From positions 1-64,000 of the forward strand of contig CAXXUK010000001.1 in the NCBI GenBank assembly GCA_963665125.2: a DNA stretch of 64,000 nt, in the 5' to 3' direction. Position 1 is the stretch's first letter, and every line of letters begins with the position of its first letter. Positions 1 through 10,958 of this stretch are shown in pieces. The position numbers and the translations under genes are program-made. The notes under the pieces are model-generated. The model was not told the DNA's origin. It saw nothing but the letters and a program-made list of their open reading frames with translations, and did no database searches. Source of the DNA: an uncultured Desulfarculus sp. GTDB lineage: Bacteria; Desulfobacterota; Desulfarculia; Desulfarculales; Desulfarculaceae.

Positions 1-2294
1 CCTTCTTCTGTCACGAGGCTGGTCCAGTCGTGATTGGTTCGCAGACCGGTCGCCGGTGCATTCGGCGTTCGGGTCACGAAACTGGGCTTCGGGCCGTGCA
101 CCAAGTGGACCGGTGTCGCGTAGAAGTCAGTGAACGGCGGATGGTCCGCTCGGCATTCACCGCTGGGCATGAGTTCCAAATTCGCGGGAAGCTCTTCGGA
201 CACTTGCAGATATTTCGCCTGGCCACGAGCGACTGCCGAGCCCAGGCCCTGGTACACATCTTGCACGGTGAACTGTCCCAGCTCATGTTTGGCCAAGGTG
301 GCATCGAGCGAACTGGGTAGCACGGGTGGCCGCGGCCGCGACTGCAGCGGAGTCGGATGATAACTGCTGACTTCCGGATCGTCGTAGAGCCACTCGCGAT
401 TGCCGTAGCGGTCGATGACGTACAATCCCCAATTTTGCTGATTGTCGGGGTTGTGGGCCACGAGGAAATGGTCGCCAGAGATCGGGTAGGGATCGCGAAA
501 GGTGTTGTGGTGGGAGCGGGCCATCTGGTACTGGGGCCGCGTGTCTGGCGTGATGTTTGTGATCGCCTCGGTGTTGAATGGCCCCTTGTTGCGATCGATG
601 AGGGCGATGGGGCCGCTGTGGTCGCCGTGGGACATGAGCGTGCAGACTATTTCCTGTGAGCCGGGCACCTCGTGCGCCTGGCTGTAGCAGTTGGGCGTGT
701 TGTTGCCGAAGACCAGCTCCGGATGGGTGCCGTCGGGGCTGATGGACCAGAGGGTGTGGCCGAAATCGGCGCCCTTGTCCAGGTACTCCGAGCGGGTCCA
801 CAGTATGCGGCCGCTCCGCATCACGGAAGGTTTCCACTCGCTAAGGTTCGCGTGGGAAAGACGTCGCATATTTTCGGCCGTCGGCGTCCATGCGGTAGAG
901 CACGTAGGCCTGCGGTCGCCAGCAAAGAAAGCGGACGGCGCACCGAGTGGTATGAAAAGCCAGGCCGCCATCGGGCAGGCAGACGGCGTCGAAATCGTGA
1001 AAGGGTCCGTCGGTCAGCTTGCGTAGGCCGGAACCGTCGGTTTCCATGGCGTACATGTGCCAGTAGGACGCCCAGCCTTCCACGTCGGTCTTGTCGGGAC
1101 GGTACGCGAAGTAGACGGTGTTGGCATCGAAATCCGACACCGGTTCGCGGACAATGCCTTCGGTGCCATCGAACAACGTCTGGATGCGGGCCAAGTCGGG
1201 ACGGTATCGACCGTGTTCGTCGCGGGGGATGTGCAGCACGAAGACGCCCCCGCCCGGTTCGAGAATCCCGTCCAGGTGTTCGCTGTAGTTGTGCGATTCG
1301 AGGAATGGATGCCGCTTCGCGAACAGAATCCGCTGAATCGGGGCCTCAGGGCGGGATCACGGAAGAAGAGTTGCCGCTTGGCCAACCGGGCGGCCAAGTA
1401 CAAGGCTTGCGAGTCCGGCTGTTCGGCGGCCTGACGCCGAAAGTCGGCTGCCTGGATGCGTTCCGCAGTCACGTCCAGCCCCTGCCGGTCCATCCGCTCG
1501 ATCAGCTCCTCGAACAACACGAGCACTCGCTCCAGCGGTGCCAGCGGCGCGATGCGCCCCCAATAGGGTGCGCCGCCTGGCACTGCCGGCCTGTGTCGAC
1601 CTGCAGTCGGCGACAGGTGATCATCCGCCGGCAGACTGCTCCAGGTCGCCCGCTCACGCAGAAAGGTGTACTGCAGGAATCCGTCCCATGTTGGCTTGGA
1701 GAGCCGGTCGACCTGGAAGTAGGGCAACCGGGGAGACCGGCCGGTTTCTGTTCGTTCGCGTTTGGCAACTGTCTCCCACTGCTCCCCATCCTGGGAGACG
1801 AGCACGTCGAACACCTCCGGGATGCGATCGCGGTACTTGCCGGTACGGTCGCGAGTGACCATCACGCGGGTTACGTCAGCCGGTTGCGGCAATTCGATCT
1901 GGACCCACTCCTGGCCGCTGGACGCTGCGATCCAACTGTGATCGTTCCCGTAGAGTCCATCGTTGAGGTGCTTGATCTGGTGAATGGGATAGCCGGGAAG
2001 CAGGGACGATGCGCTGGCCACGGCACCACGTTCGGCCAGGGCCAGATTCTCCTTGCTGTCGGGACCGAAGATCTCCAGTTCGTCGATTCCCGGCTGCGAG
2101 TTGCCGCTGGTTTGGTGAATCACCAAACGCACGAAACCGGGCTTGTTTCGGCGCGAAAATCCAGGGCCTCGGGTGGCGTGACGGTCAGCTTGGAAAGTCG
2201 GCCTAAACGCCGCCTGGCACTCGTCGGCCACCGGCCGCTGCGGGAGATTCTCGGCCCGCGCGGATGCCAGGTTTGCGGCTACCAGCAGGCACAC
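1..2294 (-). pseudogene. HzsA-related (hydrazine synthase alpha middle domain-like) protein with N-terminal F5/8/discoidin-like domain; frameshifted, runs off window start
   Basis: ORFs 1014..2294, 841..1239 and downstream frames join into one protein (HLNDGLYGNDHSW, LRKLTDGPFHDFDAVCLPDG, LSEWKPSVMRSGRILWTRSEY); at least 3 frame changes, possibly sequencing indels. Confidence 0.65.
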
Positions 2295-2391
2295 ATAAAA
2301 TCAACCGTCTTGCGTGCAGCCTTATCCTCAAAGTGAGACTTCGAGTCATTGTCCGTATCCTCCCGAAGTGAGTTGCCGTCCGTTGTATCAT

Positions 2392-3087
2392 TCACAGTCG
2401 CTTGAAGGCACTGCTCAAGTGGTTCTGCATTGCCGCCCTTGCTGCGTCGGCATCCGAATCTCGAACCGCCTGAACGATCTTCTCGTGTTCGCAGATCGCT
2501 TCCTGACGGAAGGCGAGGTCATCGCGAAACCGATCATGCAGCTCGGCCAGCAGGTCGGTAATGGATGCCATGAAGACCGAGAAGACGGGGTTTCCTGTCG
2601 CCCCGGCAAGTTCGCGGTGGAACGCCTTGTCGTGGGTGACGTATTCCGCACGATCGCAAATCGATTCGCGCATGGCGTCGAGCTCAGTGTCGAGGAGATC
2701 AAGATTTTCGTCGCTTCGATGCTGAGCAGCCAGGGCCGCGATGTCCATTTCCAACGCCAGCCGCACCTCCAGCAAATGTTGCTGAGTCATGGCGGTCTGG
2801 ATCTTGAGCAGTGGCGACAGCATGCCGAATACGGCCGCCGGGTCGAGTTGTTTTACGAAGAAGCCACGGCCATGCCGGGATTCGATGATCCCCAGGCCTT
2901 TGAGCACGGAGAGAGCTTCTCGGATCGGCAAGCGGCTGGCTCCGAGCATTTCGACCAAAGTCCGTTCCGAGGGCAGGCGGTCGCCGGCCTGGAGGCGGTT
3001 GTCGGCGATGTATTGGACCAGGACGCGAACGATGGCGTCGACGACGGTTTCGCGGGGTGAAATCGGCAGAATTTCGGCGGTAGCCAA
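2392..3087 (-). CDS. GntR/FadR family transcriptional regulator
   Basis: GDRLPSERTL...SRLPIREAL wHTH plus FCD domain (DKAFH, GNPV, EHEKI). Confidence 0.93.
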   Translation of the reverse strand: MATAEILPISPRETVVDAIVRVLVQYIADNRLQAGDRLPSERTLVEMLGASRLPIREALSVLKGLGIIESRHGRGFFVKQLDPAAVFGMLSPLLKIQTAMTQQHLLEVRLALEMDIAALAAQHRSDENLDLLDTELDAMRESICDRAEYVTHDKAFHRELAGATGNPVFSVFMASITDLLAELHDRFRDDLAFRQEAICEHEKIVQAVRDSDADAARAAMQNHLSSAFKRL

Positions 3088-3351
3088 GGAGGTCTCCTCC
3101 GAGCAGGGCTCATATACTCATATGACCAGTTAGCTGTCAGGTCAAGAATAATCTCCCGCCGCATGTCGTGCAAGTCGGGGCTTTTCGTAGTTGACACCCG
3201 AAACGCAACCTATTTTCAGAAAAGGCTTTATGCTGGTCATTTGCCCCAGGCCGCGACAAAGCGTTGAGCGGTTTGGGTGTTTGCCAGTCGGGCCTGTCTG
3301 GTGGCGGCCGGTGTGATTGTTGCCGGTCAGGAGATGAAGGAACGAGTCGTG

Positions 3352-3395
3352 GTGGGGAGCCTTCTGTGAGGTCCCGCTCGGCGAGCGAGACCTAC
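3352..3395 (-). repeat. GTAG-type REP-like palindrome, copy 1
   Basis: Minus strand GTAGGTCTCGCTC-GCC-GAGCGGGACC hairpin; 44 bp, 2 mismatches to 5870-5913. Confidence 0.75.
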
Positions 3396-3406
3396 CCCTT
3401 TTCCCT

Positions 3407-5621
3407 CTAGGGATCGGTTGGGATGAGGGGCTCGATCTGGGCGATGCGGAGGTGGGGGGAAGCGGGCCTGGCCGGCGACGATGATCGCGCCCGCCTCCGC
3501 TGCCTTGGAATGTGTCCGCCATGGTGATTCCGAACATCCACTGGGCATTCAAGTAGACTTCGATGCGGTGATCGCGAGTCAGGATTCGGAGTTCGTCGGC
3601 TTGATCTGCCAGTGGTGCCTTGTATCGTGTATCCAGGGGCTTCACTACGTATTGCTCTCCCTGGCGACGGAATTCGGCGACCTGCAGGGTGCCTTGGGCA
3701 CGGTCGATCGTGACGCCGATTCCCTGCTGGCCGTCAAAGCGGCAGAACAGGCCAGCTTGTGCGGTCTGGGTAGCGTCGATCCGGCAGGTGAATATCATGT
3801 CGCTGACTTCAACGGGCAACTGAAACAGGGTTGGTGAGCCGAACGAGTTCTGAGGTTCCGCTTGTTTCGGCGGTTCGGTCTTTTCGTGCAGGTTCCCGGC
3901 TTGTCCCTGCAATGCCCGTTGCTCCCAGCGCCAGTTGGCGTCCAGTTTCTTGCCACTGAGTTCGGTTGCGTTCTGGGTGTTGAAGAGTACTTGTGTGTTT
4001 CGAGGCCGTCGAGCCCTGGCCAGTATTCGAGGCGCAGGGTGCCGTCTTCATTTTGCTTGATTTTTTTGACGGTTCCCCAGACAACCGTGCCGCCGACCGT
4101 GTGGTGGTAGAGGAGGTGGCCGTCTCCGTAGGGCAAGGCACGTGCTACGTAGTTGTCCAAACGCCCATTTCCGGAGCCGAGGATCAGCGGGTCCGGAGGC
4201 AGGCGATATGGGCCGTCGCGATGCTCGCTCATCACGTAGAACGTTCCCGATGCTTTCCGGCGGGTGGGTGTGTCGCGTCGCGTTCTTGCGCTGGAGAATA
4301 AAAAATAGTGCCAGCCTCCCTGGGTGAAATAGTCAGGTACTTCAAGGTCGGAGAAGTCGGCATTTTCGTAGACCGGCGCCAGGTATTCCCAGTGGATCAA
4401 TTCCTTGGACATGAAGTGGCCGATGCACGGGGTGTTTCGCGGCAGCGTGCGCGGGGTAATCAGGTAGTCGTCGATTCCATCGAGGTGCAGGCGGCCGTTG
4501 GCGATCTTTGCGCCACCGTGGAGTTCGGCAAGGGGGAAGGTCCCGGTCACGTCGCGGGCCGTGCCGTCTTCGAAAGTCCAGCGGGCGAGCGGTTTCGGAT
4601 TTTCTGCGGCTTCGAGCTGGAGGTCACGGATCACGTCGTCGGAGAGTGCGTGGTCGTACAGGCGTGCTTCTTCGATCGAGCCGGCAAAGCAGTTGGCTTT
4701 GCACACTTTTACGGGCGCATGGCGAAGGCCCATGAGGACGGCGGTGCCGTTTCCGAAGCTGGCCTGTTCAGGTGCGGTGTAGGCAGCGTAGCGCTGGCCG
4801 TTTCGATAGATTGTGATTTCGTTGCCGCGATACACGATGGCGATCTTCAAGAGTTCGCCGATCGAGGCCGACTCAGGCGGATAGGACGACTGGTCTTTCT
4901 GGCCGCGCCGGGCATGGTCGCTGCCGGCCATCCAACGGCGCGGCCATTTTTCCCCGTAGACCACTGCATCGAAAACGATATTGTCCTTGTCGAGGGTCAA
5001 GACGCTGCCGCCACCCTGATCCAGCGTGCCGGGCAGCACCCACGCTACCAATGTCTTGTCGGTGATCGTTGGCAGTTTGGGATTGGCGGGTTTGGATGCG
5101 GCCGTTTGGGCGCAGATGTAGCCGTGCCAGATCTGCTCGCGGGGATCGTAGTAGGCTGTCGGGTCACGCCAATCGGTGCCGCCGTAGTGTGGAGGCGTGC
5201 TGACGAGCACCGGGTTGCCGGGGGACTTTTGCCAGTGGAGGAGATCGTCGGAGAACATGATGCCGTTGAGTTGGCGACCGGTTCCCGAGGAGCCGTAGAG
5301 GCAGGCGTAACGATCACCGATCTTGACCGTCCAGCCCGTGTGCGTGATCTTGCGATCCCAGGCGTCGCCCTTGCCGACACTGTCGATCCATGGCAGCCGT
5401 TGCCAGTGCAGGAGGTCTTGCGACACGGCCCGGCCGATGTGGCGATCGTCACGGGGGCCCTGGAGGTAGAAGAGGTGGTAGTCGTCGCCGTCGCGGAATA
5501 GCCATGAATCCCACACCGTGCGGGGTGGTTTGACGGCGTAGAGCTGGGCGCAGCAGTCGCTGTTCGAGACGAATGCATGGCAGCAGATGGCCAGGACAAA
5601 CCAGGCTGGTTTTGTGGGCAT
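3407..5621 (-). CDS. GH32-like beta-propeller glycoside hydrolase with inserted LamG domain; frameshifted near 3' end
   Basis: Signal peptide, VWDSW, WRDP and EVPDY motifs, LamG-like segment; C-terminal beta-sandwich continues in other frames to ...LIPTDP* at 3407. Confidence 0.75.
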
Positions 5622-5869
5622 GGTGTGGTTCCGTAGGAGGCAGGAGGGAGGTTAGTCGATTCTACTTGTTGGTCGTGTCCTGATGGAAGAGATGGGACCG
5701 CTGATGACCGCTGATGGAAGTGGATATCTGGGATGAGGTGAAGTGGAAAGAGGAAATGAGGTATGGTCTGATCCTCTTGCTGCAAGCAACACCGACGATT
5801 TTCCGAAGTTGTCGGTGATGGTGGTGGGCGATCTGCGGAAAAATCATCGGTGCCACCCAGCGAGTGATT

Positions 5870-5913
5870 GTGGGGAGCTTCCTGTGAGGTCCCGCTCGGC
5901 GAGCGAGACCTAC
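5870..5913 (-). repeat. GTAG-type REP-like palindrome, copy 2
   Basis: Near-identical to 3352-3395; its GTAG supplies the TAG stop of the DUF502 gene. Confidence 0.75.
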
Positions 5914-6536
5914 TGGATTTTGTTGAAGAGGTGGGCGGAGTTGCGGCCCAGGCGTTCGCAGATTGCGGAGGTTTCGCCGAAATCGAGATCGAGGGGGCGG
6001 ACCCGATCGGGCTCGACCAGTGCGACCCAGCCGGTCCAGGGATCGGGAGAGCCGGGCAGATAGACGATTACCAGGCCTTTCTCGGTTCGGCCTGCTTCGT
6101 AGCCGATGCGGATGGCATCGTCCTGGCGAACGGTGATAGGTGTGAGGGAAGGAGCGGCCGCGGCGCCGCCGACGTTGCCAGCGAGGATGTCTTTGTAGAT
6201 CGCGTACTTGGGGAAGGCCATCACCAAGTACTTCTCGACGAGCTCGGAGAACTTGCGGGCGATAGCGCGCTTCGCCAGGAAACCGCAGAGGAAGCAGAGT
6301 GCTACGAGAATAGCGACCGCAATGAGGAACAGGATAGCCGTGCCGGTTGCGCTGTCAACCGGCAAGTAGGCTTTCATGGGGTTGTAGATACCCAGGACCA
6401 CGTTGTAGACGTAGCCGAGTAGCCCGCCGATCACTGCCAGGGGCAAGAGGAAGATCAGGCCGCCGATGGCCGTCGTTCTGAGGAAACCGATCGTTCTGGT
6501 CACTCGTTCTTTCATGGCGAATTCCCCGGCAGACAA
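5910..6536 (-). CDS. DUF502 family membrane protein
   Basis: Two N-terminal TM segments (GGLIFLLPL), VYLPGSPDPWTG motif. Confidence 0.8.
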   Translation of the reverse strand: MSAGEFAMKERVTRTIGFLRTTAIGGLIFLLPLAVIGGLLGYVYNVVLGIYNPMKAYLPVDSATGTAILFLIAVAILVALCFLCGFLAKRAIARKFSELVEKYLVMAFPKYAIYKDILAGNVGGAAAAPSLTPITVRQDDAIRIGYEAGRTEKGLVIVYLPGSPDPWTGWVALVEPDRVRPLDLDFGETSAICERLGRNSAHLFNKIQ

Positions 6537-6596
6537 CAGGCTTGGAAATGACTCAAGAGCCTCCGTTTGATTCGCCGAATTGACGGCTTCGCGGTT

Positions 6597-9044
6597 CTAA
6601 GGTTGTTTTACCAGTTCGCGGCCCGAACGATTGTCGATTTCGACGCGAAAGCCTTCGGGCACGCTCAGACGATAGCGGCGGGTCTTTTCGTCCTGGTCCC
6701 AGCGGAGGTTGATTTCGCCGTCCGCCAGGGGAATGCGTCCTTCGCACCAATCCAGGTCCACATCGCCGAACCGCAAGTGGATCACCTGGTTTGGCAGATC
6801 GATCTGGTACACGCCCAGGATATCGCGGTTGAGAGTGTGAACGATGTGCGAGGCGAAGCCGTGGTTGCAGCTGGCATAAGGGCCGTCGTTTTCCCAAAGG
6901 GTGCCGGTTCGGTCGGCCATGTAGAGCAGGTAGGCGACGGACTCATCGAGAATCTGCTGGCCGCGGTCCTGTTGAGAAAGGAGTTCCATGCGGACCATGT
7001 TGCCGATGAAGGAGTTGGCGAGATGGACTTCCGGATAGGCCTTGGTTTCCTTGCGTTGGGGCCCGAAGTCGTCGCGGAGTGTTTTCCACAACTCGGGATA
7101 GGTTTCAGGGGTCGCCACGTCGAAGAAGAAGGCGAAGTACTGGCAGACCTCGCTTCGATTGCGTGTTACCTGGAGTTTGCCGTCCTTACGGCGTGCATTA
7201 TCGACGAAGAACTTACCGTCGAAGGACTGTTGTCGGATGACCTTCCGAATCTTCTCGGCCTTGGCTGCATAGTCGGCGTTATTGTACATCCGTCCGGCGG
7301 CTGCCAGGGCAGCTGCATAGAGCATGTTACTGGGGTAGCTGACGTCCTGGACGAACTTGTTGGCGGCCGACCACTCGACGAAGACCCAGGCCTCGAGTTT
7401 TTCGAGGAGCCCGTCCTCGTTTTCGAAGGGTTGGAAGTAGTCCATCAGTTTTGCGACACGGCTCCGCATGGCGTCGACCATGACCTGGTCGCCGCTCCGG
7501 GCCAGGTATTCCTCCAATTCGAGGACGAAGAAGAGGGACCAGTTGGGGATGAAGTTGCCGTTGTAGTGGTCGGCCGGGTAGCACATGGGGAGCATGCCGT
7601 CGGGCAGGTGCTCGAAACGGTCGGGGAGAAGGAAGTTCTCCATGAATGCTCTCTCGACGACCGTGGTTCCCGTGAGGTCGGGGGCGACACGGGCGGTGAA
7701 GAGGCTATCGCAGAGCCAGCCGGCCCGTTCACGCGAGGGGCAGTCCATGAAGATATCAAGGGTGTTCTGGCGGAAGGTCTCTACGCCGGCCGCATAGAGC
7801 TTGTTGAGCCGTGCGTCGCTTGCGGCAAAGCGGGCCTGGGGCGTGCGGGGATGGGCGAATTCTCGCAGGTAGGCATCGCTGACTTTGCATGCACCTTCCA
7901 GGCAGATGAGCTTCAGGTAGCGGAAGGTGTAGGGTTCGATCGATTCGAGCTGGTAGCTGCCCGGCTCCAATTCGTAGCGAACGACGTTGACGCATCCGAG
8001 CCGGCGGAAGTTGACGTCGTCCTTGGCTTCGGGCGTATCGGTGAGGATTTCGTCGAAGGCGAAGAGGAGGACGGTTTTGCTGTTGCAGGAGACGGTGGCT
8101 CCGATCATGCCCGTTCGATTGACTCCTACGTCGAGCACCTGGTAACGATCGGCAGTCAACGAGATCTCGGGCTTGTCCTCCCAGGTTGCGTCGAGGGAAT
8201 CGGTGCCGATGGAGGCGAGCTTCTGCATATCGGTGGAGACGACGAGTTCCAGTTCCTCTTCGGGATAGCCCTTGAGTTCAGGGCTGATGTTCGTGAGGCT
8301 TCGATCCTTCCACAGCTTGGCCACATCGTCGAGGTGTTTGATTCGGCCGGCGCTGACATGGCGTGTGGGCGGAATCGTCCTGAGTTCCGGGAAGAGTACG
8401 CGGCGCGGCAGGAGGTTCTTCGCGGGCTCGGCCGCCAATTCGACGGGCGACGCCATCGAAGCTTGTGCCGTACTGATCCAATCGTGCGAATCGGGTGACA
8501 AGCGGTAGACCTCGATGAAGGGTCGCTGGAAGCTGTAGCGTTGGACCTTCTGAACGCGATAGTCGAGCGTGCCGGCTTCGAAGGGCTGCCCTTTGCCCAG
8601 GGTGGATGCCAGTACGTCGAATCCCTGGATTAACTCTGCCTGGAGGAAGGAGGGTTGGTCGAGGACGTAGTAACTATTGGCGTTGTAGCCGGCCACTTCG
8701 ATGGCAAGGAGGTTCTTGCCGGGCTTGAGTTGTTCGGTCACGTCGATGACGTCGACGCGGTAATAGCCGCGTGGTCCTCGTGCGGGGCCGTGGGCGACCA
8801 GTTCGCCGTTGAGCCAGGCGCGATAGATGGTGGCGGCGGCCACCCGCAGGACGGCCTTTTCTTTGGAATCCTTGGCTTCAACGACGGCACGGAATCCGAG
8901 GGAGAGGTTCATCTCTTCCGCCCGTCCTTTTGCCCAGGCAGGCTGAGCGGATTGGAAGGACGGGGTCTCGATGGCCATGGCCACGGGGCTCAGGAGACCA
9001 AGAAGCAGGCCGGTGATCAGCAGAATGGGGAGATGGCACTTCAC
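6597..9044 (-). CDS. Alpha-L-rhamnosidase (GH78)-related protein
   Basis: Signal peptide, MDCPSRERAGWLCD, GTLWE, SCNHGF. Confidence 0.85.
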   Translation of the reverse strand: MKCHLPILLITGLLLGLLSPVAMAIETPSFQSAQPAWAKGRAEEMNLSLGFRAVVEAKDSKEKAVLRVAAATIYRAWLNGELVAHGPARGPRGYYRVDVIDVTEQLKPGKNLLAIEVAGYNANSYYVLDQPSFLQAELIQGFDVLASTLGKGQPFEAGTLDYRVQKVQRYSFQRPFIEVYRLSPDSHDWISTAQASMASPVELAAEPAKNLLPRRVLFPELRTIPPTRHVSAGRIKHLDDVAKLWKDRSLTNISPELKGYPEEELELVVSTDMQKLASIGTDSLDATWEDKPEISLTADRYQVLDVGVNRTGMIGATVSCNSKTVLLFAFDEILTDTPEAKDDVNFRRLGCVNVVRYELEPGSYQLESIEPYTFRYLKLICLEGACKVSDAYLREFAHPRTPQARFAASDARLNKLYAAGVETFRQNTLDIFMDCPSRERAGWLCDSLFTARVAPDLTGTTVVERAFMENFLLPDRFEHLPDGMLPMCYPADHYNGNFIPNWSLFFVLELEEYLARSGDQVMVDAMRSRVAKLMDYFQPFENEDGLLEKLEAWVFVEWSAANKFVQDVSYPSNMLYAAALAAAGRMYNNADYAAKAEKIRKVIRQQSFDGKFFVDNARRKDGKLQVTRNRSEVCQYFAFFFDVATPETYPELWKTLRDDFGPQRKETKAYPEVHLANSFIGNMVRMELLSQQDRGQQILDESVAYLLYMADRTGTLWENDGPYASCNHGFASHIVHTLNRDILGVYQIDLPNQVIHLRFGDVDLDWCEGRIPLADGEINLRWDQDEKTRRYRLSVPEGFRVEIDNRSGRELVKQP

Positions 9045-9292
9045 GGTGTGGTACCTCAGCGGGCATGGAGTTTCGGTAAGCTTCCCAAGGTTGGCAGGCC
9101 CACCATTGTACCATCACGGAGTGCCGTGTCGAACAGACGGAGAGGAGAGTCTGGGACGGGACGTGCGGCGACGCCGGGCAGATGGGACCGCTTTTTGGGC
9201 ATGCAGGGATCCGCTCGTCACGCAGTGTCGGCGTAGGAACGCACCCAGCGGACACGGGCGGCTTGAGCAAAGGCGGTGAGAGATGTTCGCTG

Positions 9293-10753
9293 CTACGGCA
9301 GCGCCGTCTCGCCCATGAGGTAGCGATCGCACTCGCGGGCGGCTTCGCGGCCTTCGCGGATGGCCCAGACCACGAGGCTCTGGCCGCGACGGCAGTCGCC
9401 GGCGGCGAAGATGCCTTCGACGCTGGTGGCGTACTGGCCGAACTGGGCTTTGAAGTTGCTCCGCGGGTCGGTTTCCAAGCTCAGGCTTTCGGCCAGGGTT
9501 GCCTCGGGGCCGAGGAAGCCCATGGCGAGGAAGATGAGGTCGGCCTTCCATTCCTTTTCGCTGCCGGCTATCTCTTTGAACTCGGGTCGTCCGCTGGAGA
9601 AGTCGACGTCGACTTCGACGGTTTTGACGCCGGCGAGGTTGCCCGCACCGTCGCTGAGGAACTCCTTGCTCATGAGTTGGTAGACGCGGGGGTCTTCGCC
9701 GAACTTGGCGGCCGCTTCTTCGTGGCCGTAGTCGACGCGGAAGATCCGCGGCCATTCGGGCCAGGGATTGTTCTCGTCGCGTACTTCGGGCGGCTTGGGG
9801 AAGAGTTCGAAGTTGACGACGCTGTTGCAGCCGTGGCGGATGGAGGTGCCGATGCAGTCGGTGCCGGTATCGCCGCCGCCGATGACGATGACGTCCTTGC
9901 CTTTGGCGGAGATGTAGTTGCCGTCTTCCAGGTTGGAGTCGAGAAGGCTCTTGGTGTTCTGGAGGAGGAATTCCATGGCGAAGTGGACGCCCTTGAGTTC
10001 GCGTCCAGGGATCGGTAGATCGCGAGGCTTCGTGGCGCCGGCGGCGAGGATGATTGCGTCGTTTTTCTCTCGCAATTCTCTGGCATCGACGTTGACGCCG
10101 ACGTGCGCGCCTGTGACGAACTCGACGCCCTCGGCGCGGAGGAGCTCGACCCGGCGCTGGACGACGGCCTTGTCGAGTTTCATGTTGGGAATGCCGTACA
10201 TGAGGAGGCCGCCGATACGGTCGTCTCGTTCATAGACGGTGACCTTGTGCCCTGCCTTGTTGAGTTGGGCGGCGGCCGCCAATCCCGCCGGGCCGGAGCC
10301 GATGACGGCTACCGACTTGCCGGTTCGATGCTTGGGCGGCTGGGGGACGATCCAGCCCTCGGCGAATCCCCGATCGACGATGGTGCATTCGATGTTCTTA
10401 ATTGTCACGGCCGGGTTGGTGAAGCCCAGGCAACAGGCCCCTTCGCAGGGCGCGGGGCAGACGCGACCGGTGAACTCGGGGAAGTTGTTTGTCTTGTGCA
10501 GTCGATCGAGGGCCTCGCGCCAACGGCCCCGGTAGACCAGATCGTTCCACTCGGGGATCAGGTTATCGACCGGGCAGCCGGTTCCGGACATGCAGAAGGG
10601 GATGCCGCAGTCCATACATCGAGCACCTTGCGTCTTAAGGTGCGCTTCGGCCGGTTTCTCGCTGAATTCGTTGAAGTCGAGGATCCGCAGCATCGGGTCC
10701 CGATAGGGGATGGTCGCTCGCTCAAACTCCATGAATCCGGTTGGCTTACCCAT
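9293..10753 (-). CDS. gltD: Glutamate synthase small (beta) subunit
   Basis: [37 protein letters not shown]. Confidence 0.97.
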   Translation of the reverse strand: MGKPTGFMEFERATIPYRDPMLRILDFNEFSEKPAEAHLKTQGARCMDCGIPFCMSGTGCPVDNLIPEWNDLVYRGRWREALDRLHKTNNFPEFTGRVCPAPCEGACCLGFTNPAVTIKNIECTIVDRGFAEGWIVPQPPKHRTGKSVAVIGSGPAGLAAAAQLNKAGHKVTVYERDDRIGGLLMYGIPNMKLDKAVVQRRVELLRAEGVEFVTGAHVGVNVDARELREKNDAIILAAGATKPRDLPIPGRELKGVHFAMEFLLQNTKSLLDSNLEDGNYISAKGKDVIVIGGGDTGTDCIGTSIRHGCNSVVNFELFPKPPEVRDENNPWPEWPRIFRVDYGHEEAAAKFGEDPRVYQLMSKEFLSDGAGNLAGVKTVEVDVDFSSGRPEFKEIAGSEKEWKADLIFLAMGFLGPEATLAESLSLETDPRSNFKAQFGQYATSVEGIFAAGDCRRGQSLVVWAIREGREAARECDRYLMGETALP

Positions 10754-10820
10754 GGCACGTCTCGTCTTCTTCCAATGGCGTCAATGCGTTGTTTTGCTAT
10801 CGTCTTTGGAGGTGGCGGCG

Positions 10821-10933
10821 GGAATGTTGGATTACTGGAACGGTGGAATACTGGGTGGGACCAGTACGTCGGTTCCTGGCGTTCGTTGGCCAGGTTTCGA
10901 ATCACACCGTTCCTTTCTTCCATGCAGTATTCC
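10821..10933. repeat. Inverted arrays of degenerate 8-mer GGAANNNT between gltB and gltD
   Basis: GGAATGTT GGATTACT GGAACGGT GGAATACT at 10821-10852; reverse-complement copies of GGAACGGT and GGAATACT at about 10906-10933. Confidence 0.55.
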
Positions 10934-10958
10934 GCTTGCCACCTCACTCGCTGATACT

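Noticed and set aside
1..2294. Anammox hydrazine synthase
   Set aside because: HzsA-related domains are widespread in heterotrophic planctomycetes and no other anammox genes are present.
6567..8498. Long antisense ORFs (also 4308-5501, 13813-15606, 27201-29693, 61977-63542)
   Set aside because: Shadows of real genes in GC-rich DNA; no motifs.
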